Positions 59,254-64,000 of a stretch of DNA of 64,000 nucleotides are shown here, piece after piece (position 1 is the first letter of the stretch; each line of letters starts with the position of its first letter). Source of the DNA: a virus; the IMG/VR virus record IMGVR_UViG_3300008262_000024, positions 1 through 64,000 of that record; one strand, written 5' to 3'. The notes beneath the pieces were generated by a model. The model had not been told where the DNA came from, searched no databases, and was given only the letters and a program-made list of their open reading frames with translations. Made by a program: the position numbers and the translations under genes.

Positions 59254-59778
59254 TTAATATTCTTTATAATCTGTTTTATAAGGATCACTCTTTAAATGAT
59301 TAGCAAGTTCTCTGCACCATTTTCTTGTAGGTATAAACATTACTAATGATTTACCTTTATATTGTGCATCATTCTTGATATATTTAAATTTCATCCTGTA
59401 TTTGTTTTTACAATATATTTTAGGTTTGTTAGTTATAGTCTTTAATTCTTCAGCAGATATATCACCATATACTTTCTTCCAGTATTCTTTAGTTGCCTTC
59501 CAATCTACCTTATAACAGATTCTGTTTACAGTACCATCTTTACTGTAAACAATTTTCTGTTTTTTCTTCTGTATTTCTAATGTTCCAAACTTATGTGGAA
59601 ACTTAAGACTATATCCATTCTTAATAACCATATCCATTAGTTCATCAAAAACCTGAGTGAATACAGTATTATATTTTTCTTTGCTAATATTAGATGATGT
59701 AGAATTCTTATAATGGTTATATATATCATCATAACCAATATTTATATCAAACTTATTTTTAGAATCTTTTCTTGTCAT
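59254..59778 (-). CDS. IHF/HU-like DNA-binding protein (crAss-like)
   Basis: Basic; ..MVIKNGYSLKFPHKFGTLEIQKK..VDWKAT..FIPTR; position among the tail genes. Confidence 0.7.
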   Translation of the reverse strand: MTRKDSKNKFDINIGYDDIYNHYKNSTSSNISKEKYNTVFTQVFDELMDMVIKNGYSLKFPHKFGTLEIQKKKQKIVYSKDGTVNRICYKVDWKATKEYWKKVYGDISAEELKTITNKPKIYCKNKYRMKFKYIKNDAQYKGKSLVMFIPTRKWCRELANHLKSDPYKTDYKEY

Positions 59779-60527
59779 TCTTGTTGTCTATTGCTACCAG
59801 GATCAGTACCAGCTTGTGTAAAATTAGCTGCTACTGTTGGTATAGCATCATCTTTAGCATTGTTATTTTCATCTCTATAAAGAGTTCTCTTAGTTCTCAA
59901 TTCATTAAGAACAGCAGGTTTAACAAGTGTTTGCCACATCCATGCATTAATAGGATAACGAGAATCCCAAGTAAAACATGGTTTACCATCACAAGTTTGA
60001 TAAGTACCTGCTTCTGTAGGGTCTTCAAATACTCCTTGAATATTTAAAGTTTCAATAAGTTTGTTGTGATTACCTTTATTATAAACAATATATAGATAAT
60101 TATTTTTAATAAATGCACCTAATGATTTGGTATTATACCTACCATTGCCATAATAAATAGCATGATCATAATCCATAAAATAAATAGGGATAGACATGAA
60201 ATCGACAGGAGCAATTCTTGTAATAATTTTTTCATGGTTTAATTCTATTGCATTAGGTATTTTAGTTGATGATCTAAGTATTTTACAATCTATAAATACA
60301 TCACAACAGTTATCAGATTGTCTATTAACTAATGACATAGGTACACAACCTAAATCTTGTATAATATTATCATCAATACTTCTGTTCTTATTATGTTCTT
60401 TTCTTATCCAATTAGCTCTCTCTTGATTAATTAAATCTTTAATTAAACGTTTATCTAATGAAGTATCATCAGATGAAATCTGAAGGTCTTCATATATCTG
60501 ATAAATCATTTGGTTTAGAGTTATCAT
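59775..60527 (-). CDS. Putative tail ring / adaptor structural protein
   Basis: MITLNQMIY..IQDLGCV..YLYI..IQGVFEDP..YPI; synteny with crAss-like tail genes. Confidence 0.65.
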   Translation of the reverse strand: MITLNQMIYQIYEDLQISSDDTSLDKRLIKDLINQERANWIRKEHNKNRSIDDNIIQDLGCVPMSLVNRQSDNCCDVFIDCKILRSSTKIPNAIELNHEKIITRIAPVDFMSIPIYFMDYDHAIYYGNGRYNTKSLGAFIKNNYLYIVYNKGNHNKLIETLNIQGVFEDPTEAGTYQTCDGKPCFTWDSRYPINAWMWQTLVKPAVLNELRTKRTLYRDENNNAKDDAIPTVAANFTQAGTDPGSNRQQE

Positions 60528-60529
60528 AA

Positions 60530-61117
60530 TTATCTATTTAATTGGTATGAAAAACCTACTACTACTGTCCTAGATAGTGGTAGATAGTTCAGCTGGTAAA
60601 GATAACCTTTTTTGTGATAAAAAGATATACCCATACCTGCATCAAAACCATATGCTGTTGGACTAGCTAATATTAAACCACCCATTGCTAATACATTCTT
60701 ATTAACCTTAACTATATTAGTTACAGTATTAGTTATTGTATCTACTTGAGTAATGGTTCTATATATTTCTTTAGGTACCTTAAGTTTGTATTTAAAATCA
60801 GAGCTTACTAATACACCATCTACTTTACTAATAAATATAGCATCTAAACTACTGTCACTATGCTCTTGAGTATATACACTTAATACAGTATCTTGAGGAT
60901 CAGGAGTTGGTTTAGGTACTTTTAAAGTAACATACTTTGTAATAGTATCCACTTTAACCTTAGTAATAGTATCTCTGTGAGTTTTAATAACTGTTTTAGT
61001 TACTTCCCAAGGTTCTTTAGGACATGCATTGTGACATTGTTGTAATAAGAATAACATAACTAATAATACAATTATTGTTATTCTTTCAATAGTAAACCAA
61101 GATTTATTTTTACTCAT
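60530..61117 (-). CDS. Membrane-anchored lysis-cassette protein (spanin-like candidate)
   Basis: N-terminal TM helix ending LLQQC, DTI repeats, C-terminal amphipathic beta strands ending GFSYQLNR; ATGA-coupled to the endolysin. Confidence 0.55.
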   Translation of the reverse strand: MSKNKSWFTIERITIIVLLVMLFLLQQCHNACPKEPWEVTKTVIKTHRDTITKVKVDTITKYVTLKVPKPTPDPQDTVLSVYTQEHSDSSLDAIFISKVDGVLVSSDFKYKLKVPKEIYRTITQVDTITNTVTNIVKVNKNVLAMGGLILASPTAYGFDAGMGISFYHKKGYLYQLNYLPLSRTVVVGFSYQLNR

Positions 61118-61626
61118 AGTTTCCAGGGTTTGTATAAAGTTTTTTTACCAGATTTATATGCTCTTAATACTTGCATTCTATTGTTATCATTAGAATATGA
61201 TATGTGAATCCATGAAGGATTCTCATCAGAACCAAATTCTAATATACATTGATCAAATTTAAAATCAGGATCTGCACATAAATCTTTTATTACAGATACT
61301 AAAGAACCATTAAATTCTTTACCATCTTTAATAAAGTTAATATCTGCTGCCTGACCATAACAGTGCTGTGAAGTTTGTACAGGTTTACCATTAATAATAG
61401 TATATGCACCACCTATTTTAGCATTAAGTCTAGGACATCTATAACCTGAAGTTACAGTAATACTAGCTTTTAATGCATCTCTAATAGGTTGTAGTACTTT
61501 TGTACACAACAAAGTTAAATTGTTTATTACCTCATCAGGAGGATTGAATTGCTCATCAAATCCCCATCTACTTGCTGTCTGAGATTTTAACATCTCATCT
61601 AAGCTAAAGTTTCTACTAAGTTTCAT
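61114..61626 (-). CDS. Peptidase M15A endolysin
   Basis: LSRNFSLDE, SGYRC, SQH..GQAAD, WIHIS. Confidence 0.92.
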   Translation of the reverse strand: MKLSRNFSLDEMLKSQTASRWGFDEQFNPPDEVINNLTLLCTKVLQPIRDALKASITVTSGYRCPRLNAKIGGAYTIINGKPVQTSQHCYGQAADINFIKDGKEFNGSLVSVIKDLCADPDFKFDQCILEFGSDENPSWIHISYSNDNNRMQVLRAYKSGKKTLYKPWKL

Positions 61627-61912
61627 TTTCTGTCTGTTTTTCTATTTTTGTTTTTATTTTAGTCAAACCCATCCCTCCTAGTATAACAGATGTCATTGTT
61701 ATTAATACTATTTCTACTAATTCTGAATTAGGTATTTGATTTTTTTTATAAAGTATAATTCCTGTTGTAATAAAGAATCCTATTACAAATGCAAATACAG
61801 TTAATCTTTTATGATCTATCTTACCATTGTTTCCTTTAAAAGATTCAATGAAAGAGTTCTTAACTATTTTTGACATATTTCTCAAGTTCTGCTTTAAGTT
61901 GTTGAATTTCAT
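61616..61912 (-). CDS. Holin-like membrane protein
   Basis: Two TM helices with a KR before TM1; adjacent to the endolysin. Confidence 0.6.
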   Translation of the reverse strand: MKFNNLKQNLRNMSKIVKNSFIESFKGNNGKIDHKRLTVFAFVIGFFITTGIILYKKNQIPNSELVEIVLITMTSVILGGMGLTKIKTKIEKQTENET

Positions 61913-62168
61913 TTGCTTGTCTTATATTTTCTTGTTCTAATTCTGCTATTCTTTTAACTAATTTTTCTTCTAATAGATATGCTTCATGTTCTCTTTGTTC
62001 AAGAATAGTAATCTTTTTTTCAAGTCTATCTATTTCACTATATAGTTTATCTTGAATTTCAGCAAGCATATCTACTGTATCTTTCTTTTTACTAAATAAT
62101 CTAGGTACAATTGTAGTTACTACAGCTGAACCTAGTGCAATTAAAGCTAAAAGAATTGGTTGATTCAT
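61860..62168 (-). CDS. Membrane-anchored coiled-coil protein (holin-like / lysis accessory)
   Basis: N-terminal TM helix followed by coiled coil. Confidence 0.55.
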   Translation of the reverse strand: MNQPILLALIALGSAVVTTIVPRLFSKKKDTVDMLAEIQDKLYSEIDRLEKKITILEQREHEAYLLEEKLVKRIAELEQENIRQANEIQQLKAELEKYVKNS

Positions 62169-62176
62169 AAGTTAGG

Positions 62177-62728
62177 TTATTTAAAAAGTGTTACTCTACC
62201 AAATTTGGTGTATTGTTTATTGTTTACATCTTTATAACTAAGTTTATAGGTATAGACATCATCTTGGCAAATTTCACCTTTGTATGTACCATCCCATCTA
62301 TTGTTTAAATCATTACTTACAAAAAGTAATTCTCCCCATCTATTCCAGATAGTAAGTTTAAAATCTTTAATGTTAATTCCATAAGCACCAAATGTATCAT
62401 TAACTCTATCATCATTAGGTGTAAATGAATTAGGTATCCATAAAAAACTTTCCTTACATTCAATGATTTGTAATACTAATAAGTCTTTAGTATAACAATA
62501 ACCATTGCTAAAAGTAGCAGTAATTACATATGTACCCAAGTCACTGATAGTTATTGTCATAACATCATCATTAACTTGGTAAGGTATTAAAGGGGAAACA
62601 CTCCAGTTTATAGATTGTGCTGAAGTGTTTGCTCTTATTTCCTTCTGAATATATGAATCACATAATTCATATGTTGTTTGTGCCATGAGATTCATACTTA
62701 TCAATAATGTAAGTAGTGTATATTTCAT
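62177..62728 (-). CDS. Secreted protein with gliding-motility-associated (T9SS type B) C-terminal domain
   Basis: Signal peptide; IPNSFTPNDDRVNDTF..LTIWNRWGELLF..WDGTYKG..DVYTY..GRVTLFK. Confidence 0.92.
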   Translation of the reverse strand: MKYTLLTLLISMNLMAQTTYELCDSYIQKEIRANTSAQSINWSVSPLIPYQVNDDVMTITISDLGTYVITATFSNGYCYTKDLLVLQIIECKESFLWIPNSFTPNDDRVNDTFGAYGINIKDFKLTIWNRWGELLFVSNDLNNRWDGTYKGEICQDDVYTYKLSYKDVNNKQYTKFGRVTLFK

Positions 62729-63288
62729 TAGTCAGTATATATTATTCCAGTAGGTAAAGGTTCTACAGTTGCAGTACCTGCTCCAGTAATAGAACAGCCA
62801 TTTGCAGTCTGAGAAACAACAGTTATATTATAAGTTCCAGGTGCTAATCCTGCAGGATTAAAAGTATTTCCTGATACTCCAGGTCCATTAAATATAGGAT
62901 TAGTACCAAGATTTTGTCCTGTAATAGTTACATTACCACCATCTTGACATAATACTATAGGGTCTATTGTAGCAATAACATTAGGTTGTACAGTTATATT
63001 AGCTACTGTTGTAAATTGACAACCTGCTGCATTAGTTTCTGTCATAGTCATAGTGTATACTCCAGGTGTTAACCAAGTAACTTGTATTTGTTGTCCAACA
63101 ACAGTAAATGCTTGTGGAGGTAAAATGTTAAATGTATATGTTGAAGTAGGGTTAACTACTTGATCTCCATAGAAATGTACTGCATTAGGACATACTACTT
63201 GTCCATCAGCAATATTAGGTGTTGGTACCTGTCCAAATATTGTTATAGTTAACAATATAAAAAATAATGACAAAAACAAATTTTTCAT
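62728..63288 (-). CDS. Secreted tandem Ig-like/PKD-like protein (start re-called at 63288)
   Basis: MKNLFLSLFFILLTITIFGQ signal peptide; PGVYT..TNAAGC and PGTYNI..ANGC repeats. Confidence 0.8.
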   Translation of the reverse strand: MKNLFLSLFFILLTITIFGQVPTPNIADGQVVCPNAVHFYGDQVVNPTSTYTFNILPPQAFTVVGQQIQVTWLTPGVYTMTMTETNAAGCQFTTVANITVQPNVIATIDPIVLCQDGGNVTITGQNLGTNPIFNGPGVSGNTFNPAGLAPGTYNITVVSQTANGCSITGAGTATVEPLPTGIIYTD

Positions 63289-63302
63289 AACAAATCTTTT
63301 AA

Positions 63303-63310
63303 CAAATATA
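63303..63310 (-). promoter_or_regulatory. Bacteroidota -7 promoter element
   Basis: TATATTTG on the - strand upstream of ATG 63288. Confidence 0.5.
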
Positions 63311-63336
63311 CTTAATATACAGATTACCATTTATAC

Positions 63337-63804
63337 CTAATAGTTTACATTATATTTGTTAAATAAATCCTTAAAATAAGATACATTATCTACATAGATA
63401 TAATACTTATTTTCAGTAACTATATTGTATATTTTTAATCTATATACTAAGTGAGATTTTAACCAATCAGACTCTTTTTCTGACAGGTTATACATTGCTA
63501 ATATTTCACAAGAAAGTCTACTATAACTCTTGATAGTTAATGAATCAGAGTTAGAGTAAAATGTTAAATCAGTCTCATCAGAACAATAAGAATCTAAAGG
63601 AGGACCTTTTCTAAGTTCTATTCCATGAGGTAATTTATCTTTATAATACAGTTTAATAGTCCTTATATACCAATACTTAGGACCTAGATCTTCATTCTCA
63701 ATAATAGGTACAATTCTTACATCACCTTTTGTAAAAGGTTCTGGAGAACTTCCTACTGAAAACAGTAATATTGCAAAAAATGATATTAAAAATTTGTATT
63801 TCAT
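63337..63804 (-). CDS. Hypothetical exported protein
   Basis: 155 aa with N-terminal signal peptide. Confidence 0.7.
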   Translation of the reverse strand: MKYKFLISFFAILLFSVGSSPEPFTKGDVRIVPIIENEDLGPKYWYIRTIKLYYKDKLPHGIELRKGPPLDSYCSDETDLTFYSNSDSLTIKSYSRLSCEILAMYNLSEKESDWLKSHLVYRLKIYNIVTENKYYIYVDNVSYFKDLFNKYNVNY

Positions 63805-63851
63805 AAGATAAATATTACATCGTATATCTTATGAAACACCTTATTTCACTG

Positions 63852-63859
63852 CAAATATA
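63852..63859 (-). promoter_or_regulatory. Bacteroidota -7 promoter element
   Basis: Intergenic TATATTTGCA on the - strand upstream of 63804. Confidence 0.55.
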
Positions 63860-63885
63860 AGCAAAAATTATACTACTTATTCTAC

Positions 63886-63999
63886 CTAATTTGTGTATAT
63901 AGCAGCAGTAGGATCTGGTACAACTACAATGGGTAACTGAACTGTTCTAACACATCCATTAAATGATACTAAATTTAACTGATAATTTGTACTTACAGA
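63886..63999 (-). CDS. 3' end of an Ig-like protein truncated by the window edge
   Basis: Reads SVSTNYQLNLVSFNGCVRTVQLPIVVVPDPTAAIYTN*, similar to the C-terminus of 62728..63288. Confidence 0.65.
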   Translation of the reverse strand, partial: SVSTNYQLNLVSFNGCVRTVQLPIVVVPDPTAAIYTN

Positions 64000-64000
64000 T

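Noticed and set aside
33465-60426. Short opposite-strand or alternate-frame ORFs inside large genes (e.g. 33465, 36032, 42850, 44669, 45606, 53831, 59772, 60196; also 766, 3856, 7457, 15744, 21723, 22854)
   Set aside because: Mostly or fully nested in well-supported genes, with Ser/Leu/Ile-rich shadow composition and no recognisable motifs.
1-64000. Genome-wide stop-codon reassignment (TGA or TAG), known in some crAss-like phages
   Set aside because: Code 11 gives dense, full-length genes on both arms; TGA and TAG end real genes (ATGA overlaps, PolB ends in TAG); no suppressor tRNA seen. The TGA at 5651 is an isolated case.
1-64000. CRISPR array, diversity-generating retroelement, integrase, inteins
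   Set aside because: No regular repeat-spacer array, reverse transcriptase or recombinase motifs seen; PolB, DnaB and NrdJ are of compact, uninterrupted length.

Overview
A 64-kb piece of a very AT-rich, CpG-poor tailed phage genome with crAss-like (Crassvirales-type) organisation, most likely infecting an environmental Bacteroidota host. Host clues are TAnnTTTG promoters, A-rich starts with no Shine-Dalgarno sequence, and proteins carrying T9SS-type sorting domains. The + strand (1-22.9 kb) is the replication and nucleotide-metabolism module: small-RNA cluster with tRNA-Arg(UCU), PolB, HNH homing endonuclease, SPL-like radical SAM gene, SF2 helicase, DnaB, AAA ATPase, primase, resolvase, 5'-3' exonuclease, NrdJ, ThyX and dUTPase. 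The - strand (23-64 kb) is the late module: five giant virion cargo proteins including a DFDID-type virion RNA polymerase, then tail proteins, an IHF-like protein, a lysis cassette and secreted Ig-like/T9SS proteins. Standout observations: (1) an in-frame CTT-TGA-CTT inside the Cys motif of the SPL-like gene, directly downstream of a homing endonuclease, a candidate minimal ribosomal stop-hop/homing cassette; (2) three consecutive giant cargo proteins whose only cysteines sit at the +4/-4 positions facing each other, suggesting head-to-tail linkage; (3) a 3014-aa cargo protein made of duplicated modules separated by about 20 xxxGG motifs, a candidate processed effector polyprotein; (4) phage proteins with both T9SS sorting-signal types; (5) a tRNA mimic and a kissing-loop RNA. 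All family calls come from reading motifs by eye; no database searches were run.
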